NCBI GenBank assembly: GCA_964487475.1
Contig: CAZAPM010000014.1
Coordinates: forward strand, 1 to 56,474
Direction: 5' to 3'
DNA length: 56,474 nt
From: an uncultured Planctomycetales bacterium
Lineage (GTDB): Bacteria > Omnitrophota > Gorgyraeia > Gygaellales > Profunditerraquicolaceae
Part shown: piece by piece, positions 47,402 to 55,869 of the stretch
How positions within the stretch are numbered: position 1 is the stretch's first letter
Layout of the letters: every line of letters starts with the position of its first letter
Position numbers and translations under genes: made by a program
The notes under the pieces: generated by a model
Database searches by the model: none
What the model was told of the DNA's origin: nothing
What the model saw: only the letters and a program-made list of their open reading frames with translations

Positions 47402-48970
47402 ATGCTCTATCCCTGGTCGCTTGAATCCGCAGTCCGGTTCGGTTTCAGCCCCGCTGAGAAAATACTCTTCGGCGGGGTTTTTTTATTGTGCTTTCTTGCC
47501 GTATATTGGCTTCTGCAGCGCGTATTTCCGCGCTTCAAGACCCCGCTTTATTCCTGGGTGACTGCCGGCGCAGGATTGGTGTTCCTTTGTGCGCTTTCCT
47601 ATGATATCGTAGCTTCCCCCCACACGGGGCTTTCCTCGATCTTCCTTACCTCGACCTTTGCCATGTTGCGCGAAGGGTACCTGTACACGATGCCGGGGCA
47701 GGGCCCGCAGCTCATCTCCATATACGGCCCCCTGGCGTTCCTTGCGTACTGGCCGGTGATATGGTGCGCGCACCCGGTGCCGGCGATCGCGCTGGGGATA
47801 GCTCTTTCCGCGGCATACGTGCTGGCGCCTCTGGTCTGTCTTTTTTCCGGCTCGTGTCCGGAAAAGCGGGTCTCGCGTGCCATCGGGATAAGCGTTGGCG
47901 TGCTGGTCGGTTTCGCGCTCATTACCTCGCAGGTGTTTGGCAAGGTCATTTTCGTGTCATGGGCGGATGCTCCGGCACTGGCTTTGGGCGCCGCGGCTTG
48001 TATCGTGCTGGTCAACCGGGGAGCTTCCGGAGTACTGGCGGCAGGGGTGCTTACCGCGGCTGCGCTTTGTACCAAGCAGACCATGATCTTTTTTGCCGCA
48101 GGGATGGCGGGGTACGTGTGGCGGACGTATGGCCGGCAATACGGCGTGCGTTTTGCCGGGGCGGCGGCATTGTGCATCGCGGCGGTGTTCGGGGTTTTGG
48201 CCTGGGGGAGCGGATTACCGGCGATTTTTTTCCATCTTTTCGCGATACCTTCCATGCATGGAAGCAAGTGGAGCGGCGCATGGATAAGCCTGCTGTATCC
48301 GGCAGCGGAGTTCTTTCTTTCCGGCGGCTGGCTGGTGGCGGCAGTGCTGCCGGGAGTGCGCGTGCGCCGGGCACAGCCCTTTATCTGGGCTGCGGTATGC
48401 CTGTTGCCCGCGGCGATCCTGGGATACGCAAAAAGGGGGGGGACGCATAATAGTTTCGGGTTTCCCCTGTATTTCGCGTTGCTGGCAGCGGGTATCCTGC
48501 TCGAAGGCATGCTTTGCGCGCGGTGGAGCGACCCAGGCGCGAAAGGGCGACTTCTGCGGTGGATGGTCATACTCCTTCTGTTAGCAGGGATATCCATACA
48601 CGCCAAGTCGTTGTACCGCCTCTACCGGATATATCGCGTGCCTCCGGAGTATGCCGATCAGAGGGCGTTTGAGTATTGCCGTGTGCATCCGGGCAAGGTA
48701 TATTTTTTGACCGCGCCTCTCGGCCAGTATCTGGCTGAAGGCAGGATGTACCATACGCTCGGAGGCCTGGTCAACCTCGACCTGGCGAGCATCAATCTTT
48801 CCTTTGCGGAGAGGCAGGAGTATTTACCGGCTGCCTTCAGGAAGATCGCGTTCATGCCGGAGGTGATGGATTGCCAGGTGGAGCCTTTTCTTGAGCTTTT
48901 CCCCGAATTTTCGCGCCGGGAACCTGTCGCCGAGCTTCCGCGATTCGAAGTGTATGTTGCCTCGCCGTAA
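47402..48970 (+). CDS. Polytopic membrane protein, probable GT-C glycosyltransferase (ArnT/PMT-like)
   Basis: Many TM segments; YGPL, WADAPAL and ALCTKQT motifs; soluble C-terminal tail; start uncertain. Confidence 0.6.
   Translation: MLYPWSLESAVRFGFSPAEKILFGGVFLLCFLAVYWLLQRVFPRFKTPLYSWVTAGAGLVFLCALSYDIVASPHTGLSSIFLTSTFAMLREGYLYTMPGQGPQLISIYGPLAFLAYWPVIWCAHPVPAIALGIALSAAYVLAPLVCLFSGSCPEKRVSRAIGISVGVLVGFALITSQVFGKVIFVSWADAPALALGAAACIVLVNRGASGVLAAGVLTAAALCTKQTMIFFAAGMAGYVWRTYGRQYGVRFAGAAALCIAAVFGVLAWGSGLPAIFFHLFAIPSMHGSKWSGAWISLLYPAAEFFLSGGWLVAAVLPGVRVRRAQPFIWAAVCLLPAAILGYAKRGGTHNSFGFPLYFALLAAGILLEGMLCARWSDPGAKGRLLRWMVILLLLAGISIHAKSLYRLYRIYRVPPEYADQRAFEYCRVHPGKVYFLTAPLGQYLAEGRMYHTLGGLVNLDLASINLSFAERQEYLPAAFRKIAFMPEVMDCQVEPFLELFPEFSRREPVAELPRFEVYVASP
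47447..47484 (+). terminator. Intrinsic terminator-like hairpin downstream of tRNA-Lys
   Basis: CCCCGCTG / CGGCGGGG stem followed by T7; lies inside the 5' end of the membrane-protein ORF. Confidence 0.6.
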
Positions 48971-48987
48971 GGGATGTAAATACTCTG

Positions 48988-49016
48988 TTGAAAGTATCGC
49001 GCAGTAAGGGTATAAT
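48988..49016 (+). promoter_or_regulatory. Sigma70-type promoter for serS
   Basis: TTGAAA-17 nt-TATAAT. Confidence 0.75.
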
Positions 49017-49049
49017 TGGGAAAGCTTACCTACGAAGGGACCAAGTACT

Positions 49050-50321
49050 ATGCTGGATGTCAAATATATCAGAGAGAATGCGGATGCGGTGAGGCAGGCA
49101 CTGGCTGACCGGGCCTCGAAGCTGGATATCTCTCCGCTTTTGGCGCTGGATGAGAAGCGCAAGACGGTCTTGGGCGAGCTCGAGGCGTTGCGCAGCGAGA
49201 AGAACAAGGCCAACGACGAGATCGGCGCGCTGCTTAAGGCCAAGCAGGACCCCAAACCGAAGATCGCTTCCATGAAGGAGATCGCGGCGCGTATCGACGT
49301 CCTGGAGAAGGAGCTCGCAGAGGCTGAGGCGGGTATACAGTCGATCGTCATGACCATCCCTAACGTGCCGCATGCGTCCATCCCTCGCGGCGCCCCAACC
49401 AACAACGCCGTAGTGCGTTCCTGGGGGGAGCCGCCGAAGTTCGGGTTCAAGCCTTTGCCGCATATGGATATCTGCCAGAGCCTGGATATCATCGACCTTC
49501 CCCGTGCCACCAAGATCACGGGTTCGAATTTCATCCTGTTTAAGGGTATGGGTGCCAGGCTGGAGCGGGCGCTGATCAATTTCATGCTCGATTTCCATAC
49601 CTCCCGCCACGGATACCGGGAAGTGCTGCCGCCGTTTCTGGTCAACCGCGCGTCCATGACCGGCACCGGGCAGCTGCCCAAGCTGGAAGAGGATATGTAC
49701 AAGCTCAAGGATGACGACCTGTTCCTCATCCCTACCGCGGAGGTTCCGGTGACCAACATCCACCGGGACGAGATACTGGAGGAATCGGCGCTTCCGACGT
49801 ATTACTGCGCCTACTCCGCCTGTTTCCGCAGGGAAGCGGGTTCTTACGGCAAGGATACCAAGGGTATGACCCGGGTGCACCAGTTCGATAAGGTGGAACT
49901 GGTCAAGTTCGTCAAGCCCGAGGATTCCTATGACGAGCTGGAGAAGCTGGTGGGCAACGCCGAAGCGATACTGCAGGCCCTGGGGCTGCCGTACAGGGTG
50001 GTGATGCTTTCCACCCAGGATATCAGCTTCGCCGCGGCCAAGTGCTACGACCTCGAGGCGTATTCGGCAGGGCTCGACCGTTGGCTGGAGGTTTCCAGCT
50101 GCTCGAACTTCGAGAGTTTCCAGGCGCGCCGCGCCAACATCAAGTACCGGCGCAAAGATACGAAAAAGGTGGAATTCGTGCATACGCTTAACGGCTCGGG
50201 AGTGGCGCTGGCCCGCACGGTCATCGCCATCATCGAGAATTATCAACAGCAGGACGGCTCCGTGCTCATCCCGGAGGTACTGAGGCCCTATTTCGATGGC
50301 AAAGAGAGGATCACTCGATAA
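49050..50321 (+). CDS. serS: Serine--tRNA ligase
   Basis: LIPTAEVP, CFRREAG, RVHQFDKVE, EVSSCSN, HTLNGSG. Confidence 0.97.
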   Translation: MLDVKYIRENADAVRQALADRASKLDISPLLALDEKRKTVLGELEALRSEKNKANDEIGALLKAKQDPKPKIASMKEIAARIDVLEKELAEAEAGIQSIVMTIPNVPHASIPRGAPTNNAVVRSWGEPPKFGFKPLPHMDICQSLDIIDLPRATKITGSNFILFKGMGARLERALINFMLDFHTSRHGYREVLPPFLVNRASMTGTGQLPKLEEDMYKLKDDDLFLIPTAEVPVTNIHRDEILEESALPTYYCAYSACFRREAGSYGKDTKGMTRVHQFDKVELVKFVKPEDSYDELEKLVGNAEAILQALGLPYRVVMLSTQDISFAAAKCYDLEAYSAGLDRWLEVSSCSNFESFQARRANIKYRRKDTKKVEFVHTLNGSGVALARTVIAIIENYQQQDGSVLIPEVLRPYFDGKERITR

Positions 50322-51003
50322 CGATCTGCCTCCTTTCGAGGAGATGGAGGGGGATGATTTCGGCCCCGCGAAGCCCAACGTATTGAAGGAGAAGCTCACC
50401 TGGCTTTCCAGCAAATCCTTCAATATCATCAAGCTGTTCCTGGGGGTGGGGATCCTGCCCTTTGCGTTCGCGGTCACGGTCTCCTTCCTGAACGAATTGC
50501 ACGCCTTGCCCGCGAAATACCAGATGCGGCTGTGGCAGGGAGTGGTGGGCCTGCTGATCCTGCATCTTTTCGTGTGGGAGCCGGCGTTCATCTATTCGCG
50601 CGGGCAGAAGCTCCTGGAGCTGGTCTTCCAGTTCATCAAGCCTCTGGTCAAGGTCGCGCCGTACCTTTTCCCGATATACGCGGCGCTGCTTTTCGCGGCG
50701 TACTGGCCGGTGCAGCATTTCCGCCAGGACGCGCTGGAGTGGTTCACCGTCTGCTTCGGGGCGCTTATGGCCATGCATCTGATATTCGGCGCAAAATCCC
50801 TGCGCGGCAAGAAGGGGGATTTCCTCAAGTCTAACTACGTCTTCGGGTTTTCCTTCGTCTATATCTTCAATCTCGTTTTCGCGGGGTTCTGCTTTAACGC
50901 GATCTTCGAGAAATATTCCCTGGTGCGGTTCCTTTCCGGCGCCTATACCACCGCCAGCGGGATCTTTGCCGCGGTATTCAAGCAGCTTTTCGTCGCGGGA
51001 TAG
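50296..51003 (+). CDS. Hypothetical membrane protein
   Basis: About five TM segments; overlaps the serS end; APYLFP motif. Confidence 0.75.
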   Translation: MAKRGSLDNDLPPFEEMEGDDFGPAKPNVLKEKLTWLSSKSFNIIKLFLGVGILPFAFAVTVSFLNELHALPAKYQMRLWQGVVGLLILHLFVWEPAFIYSRGQKLLELVFQFIKPLVKVAPYLFPIYAALLFAAYWPVQHFRQDALEWFTVCFGALMAMHLIFGAKSLRGKKGDFLKSNYVFGFSFVYIFNLVFAGFCFNAIFEKYSLVRFLSGAYTTASGIFAAVFKQLFVAG

Positions 51004-51163
51004 GGCTCCCGGCTCATGAACGTATTCATCCCGCTTCATAAGCGCGCGCGATCCTGCCTCATACGCGCGTGACGGAATTCTCTTCGATAATTCCGTCACA
51101 TTCGGCAGGACTTCGCTGGATTGCGGAGGGCAGGAATAGCCACGCAGATATGCAGGTGCTTCG

Positions 51164-51253
51164 GGTGGGGTGGCTGAGTGGTTGAAAGCGGCAGTCTTGA
51201 AAACTGTTTTGGGCGCAAGCCCAACCTGGGTTCGAATCCCAGCCCCACCGCCA
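51164..51253 (+). tRNA. tRNA-Ser(TGA)
   Basis: Acceptor GGTGGGG/CCCCACC, loop CTTGAAA, long variable arm TTGGGC-GCAA-GCCCAA, G73, encoded CCA. Confidence 0.96.
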
Positions 51254-51258
51254 AATAC

Positions 51259-52350
51259 ATGTCTACGTCTTCATCCGATACCGAGATAGTGCGGGCGCTC
51301 GTCCGCAGCGTACATATCCCTGATCTGCAGGTGCTGGAGGTGCGTGCGGATACCGGGTTAAAGGATGTGCCTGACGCTGCTTTCGGAGTGGCGGTGCTTG
51401 TCCGGGTCCTGGGGCGCATACCGGATACGGTATCCGGATTGAAGGAAGTGTACCGTATCCTCGAGAGTCGGGGAGCGGTGGTGGTGGTGGATGATCCCCA
51501 AAGGTTCCCTCCCGAGCAGCTGCGTACGCTTTTCCTCTCCCGCGGGTTCGATGTGGAAACGCTTTTCCTCGCCGGCCGGGGTACCGTGGTGCTGGCCGCA
51601 TATAAGGATTCGTCCTGCCTGAGCGGGCAGAGGCGGTACGACGATTTAACCGTCATCATTCCCGTGCTCAACGAGGAGCTGGCTATCGGCAAGGTGATCA
51701 AGGACCTTTGCCACGGGTATCCCGGAGTGCGGGTGATCATTGCCGATGACGGTTCGACAGACGGTACGGTTGAGACGGTGCGCAGTCTGCAGCGGCAATA
51801 TCCCGGCGTGGCATTGCTTTCTCGGCCGCCGCAGGCGGTGAAAGGGCTTACTGCCAGCGTGCTGGACGCGATCTCCCGGGTGGCGACGACGTTCTTTGCG
51901 GTGATGGACGGGGACGGCCAGCATGATGCCCGCCATGTAGAAAAGCTTTATAATCATCTGCGGCACGGTACGGAGCTGGTCGTGGCCACACGGGTTTCCG
52001 TGAAGGGATGGCCCTGGCATCGCAAATGTATTTCCGTGTTGGGGAATCGGCTGGGCCGCAATGTGCTCCGGGGCCGTTGTTTCGTCCCCCGGGATGTGTT
52101 AAGCGGGTTTTTCGGGGCGCGGACCGAGGTGTGGCGCGCGCAGAGCGCAGGCAAGGAGAAGATGTTCTTTCCCCGCGGCTACAAAGTGCTTTTTGATTTC
52201 CTGCGTTTGTGCGATCCGCGTATGGAAGTCTCCGAAGCGTATTATTCCTTCGATGCCAGGGTGCATGGGGTCTCCAAAGCGGGGTGGGGGATATACTGGC
52301 AGTATGCCCGGTCGCTCTTCCCGTTTCGCATTCTGGGGAATAGACAGTAG
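51259..52350 (+). CDS. GT2 polyprenol-phosphate mannosyltransferase-like protein with a degenerate N-terminal methyltransferase-like domain
   Basis: VIIPVLNE, ADDGSTDGT, VMDGDGQH, DVLSGFF, GYKVL, R..G.SK. Confidence 0.85.
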   Translation: MSTSSSDTEIVRALVRSVHIPDLQVLEVRADTGLKDVPDAAFGVAVLVRVLGRIPDTVSGLKEVYRILESRGAVVVVDDPQRFPPEQLRTLFLSRGFDVETLFLAGRGTVVLAAYKDSSCLSGQRRYDDLTVIIPVLNEELAIGKVIKDLCHGYPGVRVIIADDGSTDGTVETVRSLQRQYPGVALLSRPPQAVKGLTASVLDAISRVATTFFAVMDGDGQHDARHVEKLYNHLRHGTELVVATRVSVKGWPWHRKCISVLGNRLGRNVLRGRCFVPRDVLSGFFGARTEVWRAQSAGKEKMFFPRGYKVLFDFLRLCDPRMEVSEAYYSFDARVHGVSKAGWGIYWQYARSLFPFRILGNRQ

Positions 52351-52369
52351 TCCCCTCAAATGGTATAAT
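52341..52369 (+). promoter_or_regulatory. Sigma70-type promoter
   Basis: TAGACA-17 nt-TATAAT with TG extension. Confidence 0.7.
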
Positions 52370-52393
52370 ACCTCCCCTATGAAAGAAGGACCG

Positions 52394-53143
52394 ATGGAGC
52401 AGAGAGAGGAAATACCGGTATACGAGCCTGTGCCGTGGCTTACGCGCGCGCAGACGGGAGTGGTACCGGCGTTCATCCAGACCGTGCGGGGGGTGTTTTT
52501 CCGGCCGGCGAATTTTTTTGCGGCACTGGCGCAGGCGAAGGCGCCGATACGCGATTCTTTACGTTTTTATCTTTTCGGCAGCCTGGCGGTGGTCGCGGCA
52601 CGGATCGCGGTCGATCTTCCGGTGCTGGTGGTCTCCGCGCAGGAAACCGGCGCGCTGGCGGTGCTGAAGGGTTTTTTCACCGTATTGCTGCCTATGGTGG
52701 TGTTGACCATCATAGGGGTATGGGCGGCGCTGCTGGTGGCGGTGTGGGGAGTGGGGCTGATATTCGGTTTCCGGGAATTCTCCAAAGCGGCGGCGGTCGT
52801 CTCGTACTCCGTGCCGGTGATCGAGCTGGCGTTTTTGTTCCTGACGGTGGTGCTTTCCATTGTGGTGCGCCTGCTGCATCTGGCGCGCGTCCCGGAGGGA
52901 GTGCTGACCGGGGTGCTGGTGGGGGTTTCCGTGTGCGTGTGGGTGGTGTTCATCCATTGGATCGCGATATGCGCGCACGGGCTGCGGCAGCTTTTTGGTA
53001 CGACCACCCTTAAGGGGGTCGCGGTAGTGGTGCTGGCTATTTTACTGCTGGGCGCCGGAAGGTTTACCTATGACCGGATCACGGGCGGGGGAGCGGCAAA
53101 AAGCGCCGACAGCGCTCCGCTTCCGGGTGCATCAGGAATGTAA
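52394..53143 (+). CDS. Yip1-domain membrane protein
   Basis: VPW, TVRGVFFRPANFF N-terminus and about five TM helices; start 52394 (after GAAGGA) or 52379. Confidence 0.7.
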   Translation: MEQREEIPVYEPVPWLTRAQTGVVPAFIQTVRGVFFRPANFFAALAQAKAPIRDSLRFYLFGSLAVVAARIAVDLPVLVVSAQETGALAVLKGFFTVLLPMVVLTIIGVWAALLVAVWGVGLIFGFREFSKAAAVVSYSVPVIELAFLFLTVVLSIVVRLLHLARVPEGVLTGVLVGVSVCVWVVFIHWIAICAHGLRQLFGTTTLKGVAVVVLAILLLGAGRFTYDRITGGGAAKSADSAPLPGASGM

Positions 53144-53175
53144 GACAAATTTACCGAAGCGATAGATCGAAATTC

Positions 53176-53262
53176 GGAGAGTTGGCAGAGTGGTCGAATG
53201 CGGCGGTCTCGAAAACCGTTGTCGTCGTAAGACGACCGAAGGTTCAAATCCTTCACTCTCCG
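53176..53262 (+). tRNA. tRNA-Ser(CGA)
   Basis: Acceptor GGAGAGT/ACTCTCC, loop CTCGAAA, long variable arm GTCGTC-GTAA-GACGAC, G73; no encoded CCA. Confidence 0.95.
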
Positions 53263-53280
53263 CTTGATTTTTGGAGGCGT

Positions 53281-53877
53281 ATGGTGCGGATCGGAAAGAT
53301 AGCAGCGGTATTGCTCGCGGCCGTATGCGTATACGTGCCCCTGTCGGCCGCGGCACAGGAGCCTAAAACGCTCGTAGTCTTTTACTCCCGTGACGGCCAT
53401 ACCCGGGAGGTGGCGCAGGCCCTGGCGAAAAGGTTCAATGCCGACATAGAGGAGCTGCGCGACCTCAGGAAGCGCACCGGGCCGGTAGGGAACACTGCTG
53501 CCGGAAAGGACGCGATCGCCGGAAACCGCACCCGCATCGCCGGCGTAACGTACGATCCTGCGCAGTACGATATCGTACTGGTGGGCACGCCGTCATGGTT
53601 CGGCAACCCTACCCCGGCAGTGCGCACGTATCTTGGCCAGCATGACCTCTCCCGCAAGACCGTCGGGGTCTTCGGTACCGCCCACTTGACGGGAGTTGCC
53701 GGGTGTATGGAGAAACTCGCCGCGCTGATCAATAAGGATCAGGATATCCCGAAACTGCCTTTGGTGCACGCCGACCTGGGAGCGGAAAAGCTTCCCGGGA
53801 AGATCGAAGTATTTTACGGGAAGGTCATGGCGCTGGCGGCTTCAAAAGGGGAGGAGGCGGGCGCGCTTTCTCCTTGA
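53281..53877 (+). CDS. Flavodoxin-like protein with signal peptide
   Basis: LVVFYSRDGHTREVA FMN phosphate loop, YDIVLVGTPSW; Sec-type leader ending AAA-Q; SD GGAGG. Confidence 0.87.
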   Translation: MVRIGKIAAVLLAAVCVYVPLSAAAQEPKTLVVFYSRDGHTREVAQALAKRFNADIEELRDLRKRTGPVGNTAAGKDAIAGNRTRIAGVTYDPAQYDIVLVGTPSWFGNPTPAVRTYLGQHDLSRKTVGVFGTAHLTGVAGCMEKLAALINKDQDIPKLPLVHADLGAEKLPGKIEVFYGKVMALAASKGEEAGALSP

Positions 53878-53902
53878 CAAGAGGGGCTGTTTCCTGTATA
53901 TT
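53874..53902 (+). promoter_or_regulatory. Sigma70-type promoter for the ech operon
   Basis: TTGACA-17 nt-TATATT. Confidence 0.7.
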
Positions 53903-53923
53903 TGGAACATGATTTGAGCGTTC

Positions 53924-53949
53924 AAGATCACCCTGCGGGGTGATTTTTT
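53924..53949 (+). terminator. Terminator-like hairpin in the ech leader
   Basis: ATCACCC-TGCG-GGGTGAT followed by a T run. Confidence 0.5.
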
Positions 53950-53985
53950 ATTTTCCTGCCTTGGATCGAACCAATAAAGGATAGT

Positions 53986-55869
53986 ATGGACATTGTATTG
54001 TTCCTGATAGCATTTCCTTTGTGCATGGCGGCCGTATTGTTCTTGGTCCGTAACCGTCGGATGGCGAACTGGCTGGTCATCGCCGGCGCGGCTGCGGTGG
54101 CTGCGGCGACCATTTCCCTGCTGCTTACCAATTTCCATCAGGAGGTGACCTACGCCGAAGTACCTTTTCCCTGGATCGACAAGGTCATGCTTGCCGCCGA
54201 GTTCGTCATCGGCGGCTTTTTGCTGTATGTAGGCGTCAAGGCCCGCCGGGTGATGATCTTCCTGCTGGCGGCTTCCCAGCTGTTGCTGATGGCCTGGTTC
54301 GAGATACGTTTCGGCCACGGGATCCATGCCGTGCACTCCCTTTTCGTGGATAAGCTCTCCATCCTGATGGCGGCGGTCGCCGGCTTGATCGGAAGCGTCA
54401 TCTGCGTGTATTCCACGGGGTATATGAAGGATTTCCACGAGGTGTACCATAAGGATATGCCGGATAAGCGGCCGGCGTTCTTCTCCCTGGTGTTCCTCTT
54501 CCTCTTTGCGATGTTCGGCGTCATCTTCTCCAATAACCTCATCTGGCTGTATTTCTTCTGGGAGGTCACCACGCTTTGTTCCTTCCTCCTGATCGGGTAT
54601 AAGGGGTCGGAGGAGGCTGTACGTAACGCGCAGCGGGCGTTGCTGATGAACCTGATCGGCGGCCTGGCTTTTGCCGCGGGTATCGTGTGTCTGTATTTTT
54701 CCGCGCAGGTGATCGAGCTGGATAAGGTGATGACCATGGGCAAGGCCGGAGTGATGATCCCGGTGGTCCTGATCAGTATCGCCGGCATGACCAAGGCGGC
54801 GCAGTTCCCGTTCTCCTCCTGGCTCCTGGGCGCGATGGTCGCACCCACTCCCGTTTCAGCCTTGCTGCACTCCAGCACCATGGTCAAGGCCGGGGTCTAT
54901 ATCATCCTGCGTTTCGCCTCCGTGCTTGAGGGCACCATCTGCGGACTGATCGTCGCTTTGATCGGCGGGTTCACTTTCGTGATCGCTTCGCTGCTCGCGA
55001 TCGCCCAGAAGGACGCCAAGAAGATCCTCGCGTATTCCACCATCGCCAATTTAGGCCTTATCGTGATGTGCGCCGGGGTGGGCACCTATGAAGCGGCGTG
55101 GGCGGCGATGCTTTTGATCATCTTCCATGCCGTGGCCAAGTGCCTGCTCTTCCTGTGCGTGGGCGTGGTCGAGCATAAGCTGCACTCCCGCAGCATCGAG
55201 AAGATGGAGGGGCTGATCGTTTCCATGCCCAAGGTATCCATCATGATGCAGATCGGCATGGCGGGGATGTTCTTAGCGCCTTTCGGGATGCTCATCAGCA
55301 AGTGGGCGGCGTTGAAGGCCATGGTCGATTTCAATCCGATATTATCCCTCTTCATCGTGTTCGGCGGCTCCGCCACCCTCTTTTTCTGGGTTAAATGGAT
55401 CGGTTCCCTCATCACCGTGATCCGCGACCACGAGGACCTGGAGGCGGGGATCCACGCGAGCGAATGGTTCGCCTTAGGCACGCTTTCCTTGGGCACTATC
55501 GGCGTGTGCGCCTTTTTTCCGGCGGTCTCGGCGTTTTTGGTGCAGCCGTACGTCATCGAGATATACGGGCGCTCCATGTCCATGAGCCAGGGCAACGTCC
55601 TGATCATGTCCATCATGCTGGCCATGGTGATGCTTTTCCCGCTGAGCTTCTTCCGCTACGGCAAGCAGGTCAAGGTGGTGGATGCGTATCTCGCCGGCGC
55701 CAACGTCGAGACCAGCACCCGCTACCGCGGCTCGGCCAACGTCAAATACGACATGGACCTCAAAGGATATTACCTGGAGAAGTATTTCGGGGAGGGCAGG
55801 CTCCTTAACGTGGGGGTGGCGGTGTGCGTGGTATTGCTCATGCTGCTCCTGGGGATGGCCTTATCATGA
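53986..55869 (+). CDS. echA: Energy-converting hydrogenase antiporter-like subunit (EchA, NuoL/MrpA family)
   Basis: WEVTTLCSFLLIGY, TKAAQFPF..WL.GAMVAPTPVSALLHSSTMVKAG, LAYSTIANLG, MFLAPFGML.SKW. Confidence 0.85.
   Translation: MDIVLFLIAFPLCMAAVLFLVRNRRMANWLVIAGAAAVAAATISLLLTNFHQEVTYAEVPFPWIDKVMLAAEFVIGGFLLYVGVKARRVMIFLLAASQLLLMAWFEIRFGHGIHAVHSLFVDKLSILMAAVAGLIGSVICVYSTGYMKDFHEVYHKDMPDKRPAFFSLVFLFLFAMFGVIFSNNLIWLYFFWEVTTLCSFLLIGYKGSEEAVRNAQRALLMNLIGGLAFAAGIVCLYFSAQVIELDKVMTMGKAGVMIPVVLISIAGMTKAAQFPFSSWLLGAMVAPTPVSALLHSSTMVKAGVYIILRFASVLEGTICGLIVALIGGFTFVIASLLAIAQKDAKKILAYSTIANLGLIVMCAGVGTYEAAWAAMLLIIFHAVAKCLLFLCVGVVEHKLHSRSIEKMEGLIVSMPKVSIMMQIGMAGMFLAPFGMLISKWAALKAMVDFNPILSLFIVFGGSATLFFWVKWIGSLITVIRDHEDLEAGIHASEWFALGTLSLGTIGVCAFFPAVSAFLVQPYVIEIYGRSMSMSQGNVLIMSIMLAMVMLFPLSFFRYGKQVKVVDAYLAGANVETSTRYRGSANVKYDMDLKGYYLEKYFGEGRLLNVGVAVCVVLLMLLLGMALS

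Noticed and set aside
51164..51253. Selenocysteine or suppressor tRNA
   Set aside because: Anticodon TGA reads UCA (Ser); 7-bp acceptor stem and ordinary tRNA-Ser architecture.
51178..51258. ORF starts inside tRNA genes (also 47372, 53182, 32395)
   Set aside because: These are open frames running through tRNAs; plausible ATG starts lie just downstream of each tRNA.
46974..53262. Integrated prophage or island at the tRNAs
   Set aside because: No integrase or phage genes, no duplicated tRNA 3' end seen, and core serS lies in the middle.
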